A stretch of 64,000 nt of DNA from Chara braunii (lineage: Eukaryota; Plantae; Charophyceae), in assembly GCA_003427395.1 (NCBI GenBank), contig BFEA01000040.1:2120701-2184700 (forward strand). The letters are read 5' to 3'. Numbering within the stretch: the first letter of the stretch is position 1; each line of letters starts with the position of its first letter. This document shows positions 1 to 13,059 of this stretch, in pieces. Position numbers and translations under genes: made by a program. The notes beneath the pieces were generated by a model. The model was not told the DNA's origin. It searched no databases and was given only the letters and a program-made list of their open reading frames with translations.

Positions 1-208
1 CCTCTTGTTTTCTTTATTTCATGAGCGATGGTTGGCGGCCCAGGGTCAACATAAGGAGTAGGAAAAAAAAAAAAAAAAAAAAACATAGGGAGCAGCAATG
101 GTTGCAAGAGCAAGAGTTTAGGGACACGGTTTGGATTGTTGTTGGTACTACTATGTCTCCCTCAGCGGCCGAAAAATTGGTTGAGCCAATTGCTATGGAG
201 AAAGTTAG

Positions 209-468
209 CTTGGCCCAACTGTCAAGTCCGAGCCTCGGTCGACCCGTAGGCGGATCCGTGTCGAGGCTCGGACCACTGGGCGTTCAATTCCTGGAGTTGA
301 CAGAGCTGTTGTTGAAAGAAATACAAAGAAAGGAGGAAAAAGAAAAGAACAAGCAAATACGAGAATAGAAAAAGAAACAAACTGTCAAAAACGAAAAGAG
401 GCGCGTGAGAGAGAAAGAGAGAGAGAGGAGGGGTGGCAACCTGCATGGAGGGCCGCAGCAAAGTCGCC

Positions 469-536
<68 letters not shown>

Positions 537-742
537 TGCATCTTTTTGTTTTTGACCGTTTTTTTTTTTTTTCCTTTCGTTTTTCACATATGAATTCCTT
601 TTTTTTTCGGTGTGTGTCACACCTGGAAGCACGGAGCCCGCCCATTCAGCAACGACCGGCCCTTCCCTTGGCTGACCCCCTAAGGCTACGGCGCGTTAGC
701 GGGGAAGGCCCGCGGCCGATGTATGGCCCAAGTACTGGTGGT
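209..742. mobile_element. TTAA-family non-autonomous TIR element with truncated left end; contains (AG)/(CT) microsatellite
   Basis: Right end GGCCCAAGTACTGGTGGT followed by TTAA (743-746). Left end starts CTTGGCCCAACT, the inner part of the TIR. The paralogous LINE at 16111-16140 shows the empty site. Confidence 0.8.
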
Positions 743-814
743 TTAACAGCCCTGCCTCCATATGAAATTGTTCAAGTTGCCCTTTGTAACAACTGTCCTC
801 CAAGTGGTTTTTAA

Positions 815-1002
815 ACCACCAGTACTTGGCCCATATGTCGGTCGCGAGGCCCCGCAAGTTTCGGAGGCTCGGGGTACCTGACCTGAAAGGCTGACGCCAC
901 CAGCCAAAACAATTTTTTTTTGTTTCGCTGGCAGGTCAGAGCGAAACGGAGCGCAGGGCATATTCAGGCTCGGCATCGATAGTTGGGCCAAGTACTGGTG
1001 GT
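815..1002. mobile_element. MITE with TIR ACCACCAGTACTTGGCCCA and TTAA target duplication
   Basis: TTAA at 811-814 and 1003-1006, perfect 19-bp TIR. The paralogous LINE near 16240 has a single TTAA at this position. Confidence 0.92.
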
Positions 1003-3287
1003 TTAATGGTGCGTCTCCGAGTCCCCCTGTGGAGATGATCACAATTATAGTGACATTTATCTACAAAAAGGGCAACGGGGTAAATTTCAGGAATTGAAGG
1101 CCTATAACACTTATGCCAGTGCTTTATAAGTGGTTGTCCAAAATTTTGTCACTTAAGCTTGGACCCCACTGGCCGGCGGCTGGAAAAGGTACTTGGCCGC
1201 TGGTTTGTGGCCAACATCGGTGAAAAGAAATTAGCACGTTTCAACGTGATGTGACGAACTGTCTTCTGCGGCCGCGCGGCTTTTTGCGCAGGGCTACTTC
1301 GGGGATTCATTGAGTAGGGAGGGGAAGGGTTCGTCAAGCTGCATGAATGCCCTCGTCTTTCGTTCTTTTTCTTCTTTTCGGGGCTTGAGGCCAGTATAGT
1401 CCGTGGCGGTTGGTGACAATCGCGCCTTAGCGAGCGCGGAGAATAACCATAGCTTCTTCTTGTTCTGCAGTTGGAATGAGGAATTTTGGCGCGATCATCA
1501 TCGCTCGTGAAAATCATTTTTGAATTTTCAATTGTTGACGAGCCCCCGCGGACTCTCGAAATTTGTTCGTTCAGAATCTATTTTTGCAATTAGGATTTAG
1601 ATTAGGAATTTAGGCGGGTCTCAATTTCTGTTGTACGACGCTTCTTGCTTGCGCACGCCTTGCCGCGTCAGCATCTGTATTATGACTTTTCTGCGTCTTT
1701 ATCCTTGCATGTAAATGTAATTTTTGGTTTTTTGCGGGCATAATTACAACCGTAATCCTCATGTTCTTGATATCTTTTGTGGCGTTCATGTGAGCGCGTG
1801 CTTCTTCCTCTGTCCTAATTGGCCGGAATGCTTGCATAACTAGATCGAGGTGTGGAGTGAGGCTACGTCCCCCACGCCGCGGCCTGGCCATGCAGACGGA
1901 GACACTTCCTTCCTCCTCCTTCTTTTTTCGATCAGCCACATCTCCGGGTATCCCAGGCAAGCGTGAATGCTATAAATCCTGCAAGCACGATTAACTCGCT
2001 CTCTAAGAATCTTTGGAGTTAGCGTGGTTGAGAGGATCGGCTAACGAGCAGGAGTTGGAAGGTGAGTAGAGAGTTGGGCGATCCAATGAGTTGGTGTTGG
2101 GCATGCGGGGTTGACGTGGGGCCGCGACGGACTGTGGCGCATGGGCGAACCTAGCTTGCATGGTGCGAGGCGACGGACTTCCTGCATCGGGGTGTTGTAA
2201 AGAGAGAGAGAGACGGGAAGTGTATGGTGAAAGTTTTTTTTCTTCCTCCGAAGTAATTTTGGTTTTCCTCCTATTCTTCCAAACAATTTTTGATATACGG
2301 CGCAAGTCGCCCTTGTCCTTTTGTTTGATCGGCATCTCGGATTTCCTTTTTGTTGTTTTTTTTAGTTCCTTTCCTTCGAGACAGACATGTGGACTGTCTT
2401 CCCCCACTCCCTGTCTTTGTCTTTTCAAATCGGCAAATCTGATTGATTGGTTCTCGGCGATCGAGTCTTGTGTGATTCAGGGGCCGATTGGCCAAAGAAT
2501 TGTTGCATGATCCTTGAGCCTTTTTTATTTATATGTAAGCTAGATGCATGGGCAATAAACGTGATTCTGTCTGCATATGAATGGGATGGGCATGCTAGGC
2601 TGTTAGACAATTGTCTCACTATAAGATGATTCATCTCGTGAATCGCTGGCTTTTACTCATCTGATCGGAGGACAGGTCCCGCGCACGCACGTATAAGCTC
2701 GACCAAGACAATCGCTGCCTACACACGCGTTGTCGCAGTTTTTCTAGTCGGGCCTCTTCAGGCGACCAGAAAGCCAACAGGCTGTCACGCAGGATTTTAG
2801 TTATGTTTGCAATAAATAAAGTAAACTAATTAAAGCAAATTCATTCTTGTTGCGTGCGTCCGGCTTCGAGCGAGACCCTTCATTTGCGGTCTTCGCCGGT
2901 CCCCGGTCTTAGGAATCTTTTATTTTGATTCACAACACCAAAGAATCATGTAATAATAATCGTAAATTCTTATGTGTCATGCATGCATCATTTTGCCAAT
3001 TTACTAATTTTGAGAACTGCAGCAGAATCATCAAAGAATTCAATCATCAGCAAGGACAATGCAAGAAACAAGACTGACTAACTCGAGCAATGACAAGTTA
3101 AGTGAGGGAAGAATGAGAACTCATAATAGTCTCAGAAAGTACACGTGTAGAAAGCATGATTAACACTAGTCAAGAATGCTCACTCATCCCTCTTACCCTC
3201 ACACTCAATCTCATATTTAGCTATCTGTCCGTTGTGTTTTCGGCCGTGTCCCCGTACTCTCTGAGATTGTGATCTCTCGATGTAGAG

Positions 3288-4400
3288 TCACCTGAAGCCC
3301 GCAAACTTTGAGCATTTCCATCCGAGTCCCATTATACAGAAATCAACCATAGCACATAACTCCTCCCATAATGTGAGGAGAAATGACCGAGAGAAAATCC
3401 CTTGTCTTAGATGTTGGAACTCCGAAGGCCCTGTGAATGCCTCGTAATCAATCACCACAGGAGAGACGTACCTCTTAGCCAAATTCACCAGATTACCCCA
3501 ATAAGAACCGTCAGTGAGAATAAAAGGAATCGGAGGCCTGGGGTCGTCTGTGTAGAGCTAAGATCCAAAGTTGCGGATCAGCTTAGTACCATTCTCATCA
3601 AACTCCCTCGCTCTCTCCTCAAGGTACTTTGCTGCTGAGATCCAAACAAAATCAAAATCCTTATGGGTCTCCTTTCCCTCCTTTACATAGGGCGTCAGGT
3701 CGTAAATAGTATCTGTTGCAAAACTGGTGAGGACAACAAGGATTGACAGACCCCCTTGCTTAAAGTCGTTTGCACTAACACACTGGTATTGAAAGGCGTT
3801 CTTAGAAGCAACCTTGTTGAGACTAGTAAGGACGACCTCCGGAACTGTCGACAATTGTACCGTATTCATGGACTGGAATGAGTGTTGAATCCGATCTCTG
3901 TTTTTTTAGCAAAAATACTATCTGATTGAGGTTGATCTGTGCGTTAGCTGATAATGACCAAATGCTGTTTAATTCTGACTGACTTCCTCAAGTAACTTCG
4001 GATGGCTGAGTATTGGTTGAATACTTGTTGGATGCTGATTAGATACCAAAATATCGAGTCACCGTCCACTGATCACTTTAACTTCGGGACACTGGGGGAG
4101 CTATAAATCATGAAGGGGTACTTGTTGGCTACGATGATTGAAACGTACTCATACAAGAGATGACTGTTCCATGGACGATTCGTTGATGGTTCTCTCTGGT
4201 CTGTCTGGATATGTCAAATAGAGGTGGACTATGCTGATTGCTTTACCACTCGAATTCTGATAATGCACTGTGTGTTTGATCAGTATTTTATCTCTCGGTG
4301 ACACTGAGTGGTCGCTTTCACATCTGATTACTGCAGGATGCAATGTAGTTCGTCCTCGGCTGGGCTTTATTTCCCCTCCTAACTGAACTTTTGAGACTAG
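3288..4400 (-). pseudogene. Decayed ~370-codon reading frame; C-terminal part resembles a PD-(D/E)XK / HsdR-N-like nuclease domain
   Basis: ORFs 4149-4343, 3558-3869 and 3288-3488 share one frame with about 7 internal stops and no frameshift. Motifs: SGR*LDILV, YVKEGK...AAKYL, PFILTDGSYW. Confidence 0.45.
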
Positions 4401-4612
4401 ATGGTCAAGTTTATATAAATAACGATTGCCATGGTAGACTCATTACTGACCACCGACAACCCCCTTTGCTCGGTCAGCAGTCTCAATAGATGAAAAAATG
4501 TTGTGCATTTTCCCGTCAAACCCAGAGAAGTATATAACATACTCAATGAGCACAAGCGGTTATCGGGTAGATGAAAATTCAGGAATGAAAATTCTGAAGT
4601 GAGAGTTTTGGG

Positions 4613-4992
4613 CAGTCTGAAAATCATGAATGGTCCTGAAGTGGTGAAAGGTCCGAAGACCCTGAAAACCACTTGTTTAGGCAGGCTGCATCCTGAAGTG
4701 GTAAAGGGTGTCCTGAAGTGGTCAAGCGAGAGTTTTTAGCAGTCTGAAAATCCTGAATGGTCATGAAGTGGTGAAAGGTCCGAAGACCATGAAAACCACC
4801 TTTCACCACTTGAGGATGCAGTCTGCCTAAACAAGTGGTTTTCAGGGTCTTCGGAGCTTTCACCACTCCAGGACCATTCAGGATTTTCAGACCTGAATGA
4901 TCCTGAAGTGGTGAAAGGTCCGAAAACCCTGAAAACTACCTGTTTAGGCAGGCTGCATCTTGAAGTGGTGAAGGGTGTCCTAAAGTGGTGAT
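4613..4992. repeat. ~110-125-bp unit arranged direct / partial direct / inverted / direct
   Basis: GAATGGTCCTGAAGTGGTGAAAGGTCCGAAGACCCTGAAAACCAC... at ~4628, ~4756 and ~4895; reverse-complement copy at ~4801-4892. Confidence 0.9.
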
Positions 4993-6501
4993 GAAAAATA
5001 CGACTGTTATTAACCTACCCTCTCAATGAGCTCCTGAGTTTCTAATAATTCGAGCGCTTGTTTTCTTATTAGTTTTATGAAGTCCCAAACAACATCAACA
5101 ACTCTCTTTTCCCAGCCTTCTGCTTTCCCTCGATAGAGTGCGCAGGATACCGAGAGAATGTTTCTACCCACCATTTCATCCTCCCCAAAACACTGTCTTT
5201 AGGCTCTGCAGATTAGATTAGAGTAATGTTTGTCATCAGTCCCTCGACCCTCGAAATAAACTCTTACAATTCACCCCAAGCAGTTGTTAATAGCTACTTC
5301 GCTACAGTCGGTCCACCACCGGTTCCTTGTTGCGAGCAACTCATTGTTTAAATTATCACTGCTAGGTCTCAATGAGCATAACTAGGTGTGTACCCGTGTA
5401 CTGCAGAGCGATGCAGTTTTCCTCGGGGCTGAGCTCAAGCTCGCATCTGGGTCGAACAGACTAAACAAAATCGACTGGGTAAATGAGTAATGAGTGATAG
5501 ACATTAGCGTTAGTTCGTCCTACAAAGTCGTAGACGTACTAGTCATGGTCTTCTCTCCTATCCACGAACGCAGTGAATGCTAAGCGTGTCTCTAGGTTCG
5601 ATCACACAGCCACAGGTTGACCGGTAGTACAAGCTAGTCGGATGCTGCTGCAGATCTGGCCAACTTTCGGCTTTTAATTTTCAGTTGACTCTCAGCTCAT
5701 GCATAGCAAAAGAGTTTTGCTAACAGTCCTCGTGCGATATACAGACAAGCAGCCTTATTGCCCATATATTATGCACGATGAGACAAAAAATCTCTAGCCA
5801 CGAGGAGTTTTCCAGGGGCATATTTTGGAAGAACTTCACATTAAATCATTGATCGTTAGCCAACAACAGTCTGTCTATCCCAGCTACCAGAGACCCGACT
5901 CTCGTCCTCGGTCTGATCCTTGTGGCGAGAGCTCTTATATTATATATATATATACATATATGTATGTATGCGCACGAGGGTAAGAGCACGGATCAACCCT
6001 CCCTTCTTTTATTAGCATGACATGTTTGAATCATTCAAATCACTTACTAGTCAGATTGTATGGGAGGAACCAATCAGTCACTATTGAGAAGAAGCTTAGC
6101 GAAGAGGTAAGTAATCCTTTTTATAAATACCACTTTTCTCCCCATCAATGAGGCAAGGAAAATGGGGCCACTGACGCATTCCCTCGACGGTGAGTTCTTC
6201 TAATTTATCTCATCCTAACAATGACCCTACCAACGCTAGAGCATTAGTAAACTAGATGGGTAAATTATATAATTTAACGATTGTTAAGCAGGTTTATTTT
6301 CACTAAGCTCGCAAATCTCGTATGGTAAGACTTTTCTCCGATTTCAGGGCGACTTCTAAGTGCGTGTGAAATTTATCATTGATGACTGGATAAATCCATA
6401 CTAAACGGAAGTTACAAGTGTGAACCTATGTTTACTGAAAGTTGTCTCTACTTAGTTCGAGACGTGTAAAACTTGCCACAAAGCGCAGAACACACCCTTA
6501 C

Positions 6502-6700
6502 ACCACTAGAACCTTTCCCGCGTGGGAAAATAGAAAAAACTGGCAGTTTTTCCAAACTCCCGAATTTTCGGAGATCGGGTCCGATGACGACTGCCATTGA
6601 TAAATCTGATCGGCGACCGTCATTTCGTTTCGGCCTCTGAAAAGGTCAGACGCCTACCCCGAGGCCCGCTATTTTCCCAAGCGGCAAAGGTACTAGTGGT
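6502..6700. mobile_element. Diverged TTAA-family MITE
   Basis: TTAC-ACCACTAGAACCTTTCCCGC ... GCGGCAAAGGTACTAGTGGT-TTAA. Confidence 0.75.
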
Positions 6701-9700
6701 TTAAGCCATGGAGAGTCAGAGATCATATTTAGGATTTGTCATGCTTGATGAATTGACTCGTAGAGATCAGATCAGGACAGGTATCACAATATCTTTTTCC
6801 TTTTCCCAGCATAATAAAATTTGACCTTGCAGTTTGTCCAGTCGAACATTCTGGTTACTTAATCCCCATCGAGTAGGTACTTAACTAACAAGTAGGCTAT
6901 CAACAAAAAAATTCCCACAAGAAATGAAAGTTGAAAAAACATTGCATTAAAAAAAAATCCTTCATATTTATAAATTATCATTCCAATGTTCGTACAATTC
7001 TAAAATTTCTAGTTTTATTTGATAAGTTTCCGTCTAAATATGAGTTTTCCCTTCCAAGTACATCTATTTGTTCAAGATGGAACGGAATTTTGTACGAGTT
7101 TATCAAATGTTTTAATTAAAATTTCATTCTACTACAACAAATATCTTATAATTTAGATTGAATTAACCTATTTATGACTGGAAATCCTTACTTAGAGTAA
7201 CAGTCCAATTAAAATATTTCATGAACTCATTCAGACTTTCATTCCATCTCTAGCATCCAGTTCAAATAAGAAGGGATACTCCATTCTCGGAGGCAAAGTT
7301 TTCAAGCAAGATGAAAAATTTTAAAATTGGAATGACATTTTTTAAGATGGAATGAAAATTTAAAATTTCGAATGTAATTTTACTACAGAATGATTATGTA
7401 ATTCTGGATTTTTTTTTCTGTTGATCTTTCGCACCACAAACTTTCTTTTTCCCATAAATTGACAGCAATAGGAAGCGACTAAGTTAAAGGAACCGCACTC
7501 GGACTTAGTTCGTTTCTAGAAGCCAACTCGTGCGGTTTTCTTGATTACCCATCTTTATTCCTTTATCCTCATGCAACTCCAATGATTGGGTTTTCTGAGA
7601 GCTCAAGGCGATTAAACCATAGATTCACAATAGTAACCCTGCTAGATTGTACAAATCTCTCAGAAGTGGCTCGACCATCACGCAACACTTAAAAGATACA
7701 TAGTAAACCAACCTTTGCAATTGGGCTCAAGTTCTACATAACGAGGTAGCCTTTCAATTCTCAATCATTATAACGAGTTTTTAAACAGGGCATGAACTCA
7801 CTCTTTATGTCTTCAGACTGACTGTACCAGATCAGGATAGCGTTGGACGAGCTTGCCAACCCTTAGTCTCCCCAAGCCCTAAGGCAGAAGCGACCACTGA
7901 CAGTTGGAGGAGGCAAATCGCTTAAAATCGCTCTCATAGACCCATGACTCACAAAGCTTACCTCGCTCATGCATACCGATAGCTCTTTAGCATAACCAAT
8001 AATTACTCCCCTCACAATGCAAGCATCAAGAGCATGAGCCGTAAAACTGATAACACCCAGTAGGATAACTAACAGTAACCAAGAAAAAGGGTGTGAGTGA
8101 TAATAGTTTCATAATTGAAGTCTCATACTCATTACTTATCGAAAGTCAGTGCTTGCCACTCAGACCGCTTTACTGTGAGGGCGAGGGTACGGAGTGATGA
8201 GAGGCATGCTTAGTATACAAAAAGCAAAGGGCATTGACCCCGAACTCTTAGGCAAACTTGAACTCTCATATCCGTAAACCTCACCTCCACACTTGGTGTT
8301 GATTTGTCCCTCCTTTGTCGTGGTAGAGATGAGGTGTAAAGTGGGAGTGGGGTAGATCGGACGATAGAACAGACCAGGGAGGAGCTCTTCCAACTTCCTT
8401 CCAAGACACGCTGAACGTCACTCGCAGACGAAAGTCAGTTGGCTAACTCCACTCGTGCTTACTCTGTAACCCCCTCGTAGGTCGCTCTCAATCTTGTTGC
8501 CTTTTCGAGTGAGCCTATTGCCCGCACTCCATCCGAGAATGCTCTCCGTCAAGCATGGTCAAAGATAACCTTACAATGCAATGACGGACGGGAGCGGAAT
8601 GCGCTGATGAAGAAAAGACGATAAATGCGAGAGGCGTCACTCACATGTCACTTCCACGGGCTTGAAGTCAGCGCAAACCATATGCTCTTCTCGCGATCCT
8701 CACTCATGCTCGTATCATGTATTAACCGACTCTTTGAACCTATCGCCCTCTGAGTATGCACGCACACTGGTTCAACTTTACTCTCCTGTCAACTCGCGGC
8801 TAAACCCCGTTCCTAGTGTCTATTCCCTCCCGATCTTTACTCGCGCACTCGCTTACCATAAGTCACCGACAAGAAAGTGGAGTTGAGGGTGACGCCAATC
8901 ATCACTGCCGCTTCATGCAGAGATCGAGAGAAGAGAGAGAAAGAAAGGAGAAGACGGTCATAGCCAGTGACATCAACAAGTATTCCCACAGACGTCCCCA
9001 GAGGGTCTGACTTCCACCGTATACTCACACTCGTGTCACTCATGCCATGCGTGATAACTCCTGTCCGTCCCCACGTCAGAGGTGGAAGACGGTACGGCCC
9101 TCCGAGGACAACTACTCAGATCCCGCAAGGGTAGTGATTTCGCTGTTCCGACCAGACGACGTTGACGTCAATAACAACTCATGACCTCTCACCTCGTCTC
9201 TGCTCTCCTCACAATGCGCCAAGTCTCGCAATATCATCGTCTCTCGTTCGCGCGTAATCACCTCTCGTGCTTGGCCTCGCTGCCCCCGCGACTAAACTCA
9301 AGTCCGCCTCTTTCTGGTGCCACGGTCGCGTGGTCCCGTTCTCATACCTGCTACTGACGCGAACGGGCCTCCGGGCCATCCTCTACCTACTCGGCTGGCG
9401 GGTGCTCTCTCCTCCACTGTTCCAGCCCATGCCAAAACTGGGTCAGTGCATCACTGGCTTCGGACTCAACCTATGAGTCCCGGTCCAATTCTTGCTGCTC
9501 CCTCTCCGTCGTACTCGTGGAGGTTTCTTCCTCGTGGTAAGTGACCGTAATCTTCAGGGTCGCAGTCACTTCATTCCTCCTGCACCTTCGCTCGGCTCGG
9601 TCGCGAGCCTCGGTGACTACCCTTTGCACTTTTTTATCCTCCCTCATCTCCTGTTTTTTCCCTCCGTGGATGTTTATCTTTAGTCTCGCCAACCCGTCAC

Positions 9701-10252
9701 TCTTTCTGTAGCTCAGGCAAGCGTCCATTGTAGCCCCCTCTTCCCGCAGAGGCTCCCAGCTCCGAGTCCAGTAGAACCTCAAATGACATGGCGTATAGCC
9801 AAAAAGATCATTGCTACGCGCCATAGTTGTTCGCCGGATAGCCCGATCTCGACACTTAGTGCACAATCACGCAGATAGCCCCCTACCGACAGCACGACCT
9901 CCACCCTCAAGTTGTCAGCAACAGTACGACAAAAAGGTTCACGCGCGTCTACCAGTACGTGGTTAATGACCCGCTCCCTCTCTCTTTATAAGATTGCCAC
10001 CCCCCGCGACTCCCGCATTCTGAGTGAAGGACTCAGTCTGGGCGACATTTAAATTCCTGTAATTTAATAATTAGTAAAAATATCAGTAACGAATAAAATA
10101 AACTAAATTTAAAATTAGGTACGAAACGTCAAAAAGGGGAAAAGGGAAAAACTTTGTTGTGTATCGCGTCTCTTCGCTTTTGATCTGACGTGCTTGTTAG
10201 TACGGTGGTCTCATAACAAGATACCTATCAACCGCTTCTCCTCTTTAAAACA

Positions 10253-11795
10253 TGTCATCAAGTTACCCCTAATGGGTACCCGTGTCCGATGGCAAGGAGG
10301 GGGCTTATGACCTTCCACTGGGGGTGATAGGCCTCCTACCAACGCGGCCACGGGTGCTCCCATTTTGGGGGGGCCTACAACACAGTACCCAGCAGGACAC
10401 GGTTGTGGGGAAATTGGGACGTGGACGGTTGACCAGTCAAGGCCGCTCACTCATAATCATGGTTCAAAAATGAACCGTTAGTTCCCTCGCGAAATGACAG
10501 AAGGGCCGAAAAAAAAAGAAGCGGACTCTAAATAACAACTAATAAAACTAGCAAGAATAGTAATAATAGACATAGGAAAAGAAGAAAATTATAACTCCGC
10601 CATGACCAGATGCCGCTAGATCCTCTCAAACTGAAGCGAGGGTCCAGATTGACGCGTAGACCGGACACGCAACTCCCTTTTTTTTTTTTTTTTCTTTCTT
10701 TTCCTTTCTTTAATTCCTTTTTGCTTGACTGTGGCAGCAACCCCGTGTGCATGTAGCCCATAACTTAGCTAGGGGCACTCAGCGAGTGGCGAGAAAATTG
10801 CACCGATCTCTCTACCTTCGCGTCCCCGGGCGAGTCCGGCGGCTACCGTGGCCACAGGTTCCCGAGTTGGTAAAAGGTGAGTTGTGGGTCCTTGAGCAGG
10901 TATTGGGTACTCACCAGATGGCCGGGACAACGCGCCCTCCGACAGCATCTGCGGAACCCGAACTCGACTAATTTTCCAAATGGCTGGCTTCCCACCCCGA
11001 CTTGCAGCATGAATTCCGACGTTCCCTTTCGTGTCACTGACCGCGAGTGTTTGAGGGATCGAGAATTCCAGGAATATTGGGAACACTCTTGTTTGTCTGC
11101 ACGAACCTGGGCGGAACCTCCGGAATTTCCTTATTTGATAGGGAACGAACGTATTTGCGAGTGGGACCTCGACCAGGCCTTGGGACGTATCCCCCATCTT
11201 CCCTGCTACTCTAACCCATACACGTGTCACGTCATCACGGATCCCGAGATCGTTGTCTTGGGGACTGAATTCCCTCCCTATCACCACATCCTGTCCTATC
11301 ACTCCCTGACCATCGTCCCCTGGCTCGCAATCGCTCCTTACTGGCCCCAACCCCGTGTTCAGAGTGTTGGCGGGACCACGAGTACCGAGCCTCCGACTTC
11401 GTCCAACGCACGGGTTCGGAAGACGAGCGACCGACGCACAACCTTAGGTTGAGGCCGACCGCATCAGACTCTGAAACCTGCGACGTCAGACGCCGACAGG
11501 TGATCAACCAGCGAGACAGCCATAGCGTTCCGACGGTCCACCAAATATTTGTCAAACCCAGACGAGGGAACCAACACAGACGGTGGCCCCACGCTCAAAA
11601 ACATAAAACCGGACCTTGACCCTCGCCTACCCTCTTGCATTCCTATCCCTGGAGCTTGTCACATGAGATCTCCGTTCTGACCTGGGACTCCATCCCCACT
11701 TTTCCAAAATCCTTGGCACACCTTTTTTTTTGCACGTCCAGGCCCACTCTCACTCCGATCAGGAAGTCGCGTCGGGCGTGAGGTTAGGCATCACA
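10253..11795 (+). mobile_element. Possible LTR-like segment (TG...CA)
   Basis: Starts TGTCATCAAGTTACCCCTAATGGGTA, resembling the 5' terminus at 52497. Ends GGCATCACA, followed by ACGACCCTGCTGGCGA (weakly PBS-like). No TSD seen. Confidence 0.35.
11009..11452 (+). CDS. Orphan ORF, 147 aa, unknown function (probably element-borne)
   Basis: Open frame with complex composition (MNSDVPFRVTDRECLRDREFQEYWEH...). Preceded by a candidate 5'-UTR intron: GTGAGT at 10877, CTAAT branch near 10968, TTGCAG ending at 11007. Confidence 0.4.
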   Translation: MNSDVPFRVTDRECLRDREFQEYWEHSCLSARTWAEPPEFPYLIGNERICEWDLDQALGRIPHLPCYSNPYTCHVITDPEIVVLGTEFPPYHHILSYHSLTIVPWLAIAPYWPQPRVQSVGGTTSTEPPTSSNARVRKTSDRRTTLG

Positions 11796-13059
11796 ACGAC
11801 CCTGCTGGCGATTTCTGGTGGGGCTTTGGAAACAGCTAGGCCTGCCGCATTGGGAAACCCGAGAGGAAAGGGGAATCCGATGTGACGGACCGGCCGAGAT
11901 GGCGGTCCGTGAGGATCATCAAGACGAAGGGTTGAAGGGGGACGAGATGAAGATGGAGCTGGAAGGGACAGCGCAGCTCCGACGCGGACTCAACACGCAC
12001 GTACTCCAAAAGTGCAGAATCAAGAATGGTCTAAAAAATAAACCGCAGCTTGGGTATACCCCCATCGGACTAACTGGACTAGACACAACTGGATTGGTAA
12101 CGACAGTGCTACCGGGCAGGACTGGACTGGACTGAAACAACATACAATTTGTTGGGTCAGGCCACGACCTTGTCCCACAGGCTGAACAGGTAAATAGTCG
12201 AATAGGCCCTGGCTGTAGGCCAGGGCAGACAGAGGCCCACTGCACGATCCTCAAACCTGTATTGGATCGCAAGAGCCATAGACACGCTATCCACAAAAGC
12301 AGCGAAACTCTGCAATAAAGAAAGTTGAAAATCTAGGATGCGGAGTCCATGCGATGCAGCCTAAGTTACACAATGTCATATGAAAAGCAAATGTCTGGTA
12401 TACATATCCTAACTAACAACAGAAAATGAAATGTAATATGATACAATCCTAAAGTCCTGGAGGCAATTGCCTCAGAAAGAAAAAAAAAACAATATGTCAC
12501 AAGTAATGTCATGCCGTTGAACCACTAAGAGTGGGATGGTCTCATAGGGGTTGAATGCAGCCTAAGAATCAAAAAATATCTAAGGGCAGTCACACACAAG
12601 GTGGGGTAGGTCATAAGGCTCAGGGTGAGGGAGTGGTAGCGATGCAAACCAATGACCCTGACATATAGACCATCAAGGTGGGTAATGCTAGACGAATGGG
12701 TGACACCATGCAAGGTTGACCATGAAAGGGGAGTTTGGAATAGGTTGGAAATATGCTTAGCTGAAGGCATGCAATGGCCGATACTAGGGTGATCATGAGA
12801 GATGAAGTGGGTGAGAGAAACATGCACACAACTCACCGACTAGAGGAGGGCGCTAAATCTAGGAGCAGGGAAGCCAAGATAACGCTACAGTCTCAATGCC
12901 TATGCGATACCAAGGGAGAGCCCAACTTAGAGAGACCCCGCTAAGCGAGAACCTTCATGCGACACATGCAAGGGAATGTACAGGGTAGGGTGGTCACGTA
13001 AAGTAGTCACGTCCAAAGTAGTTGAAGTCGATAAGGTAGTTGAAGTCGTCGATAACGTA

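Larger units (their letters stand above)
85..1155 (+). mobile_element. Decayed L1/Tx1-type LINE ORF2 fragment (pre-RT region and RT N-terminus), interrupted by two TTAA MITEs
   Basis: 1030-1155 translates to VTFIYKKGNGVNFRN*RPITLMPVLYKWLSKILSL, the LINE RT domain-1 pattern (LIYKKG..NWRPITL..YK..SKIL). It aligns by eye with the paralog at 16000-16400. Confidence 0.85.

Noticed and set aside
2741-2765. Second hammerhead (CTGAAGA...GAAA on - strand)
   Set aside because: Stem II cannot close (G opposite A) and stems I and III do not fit.
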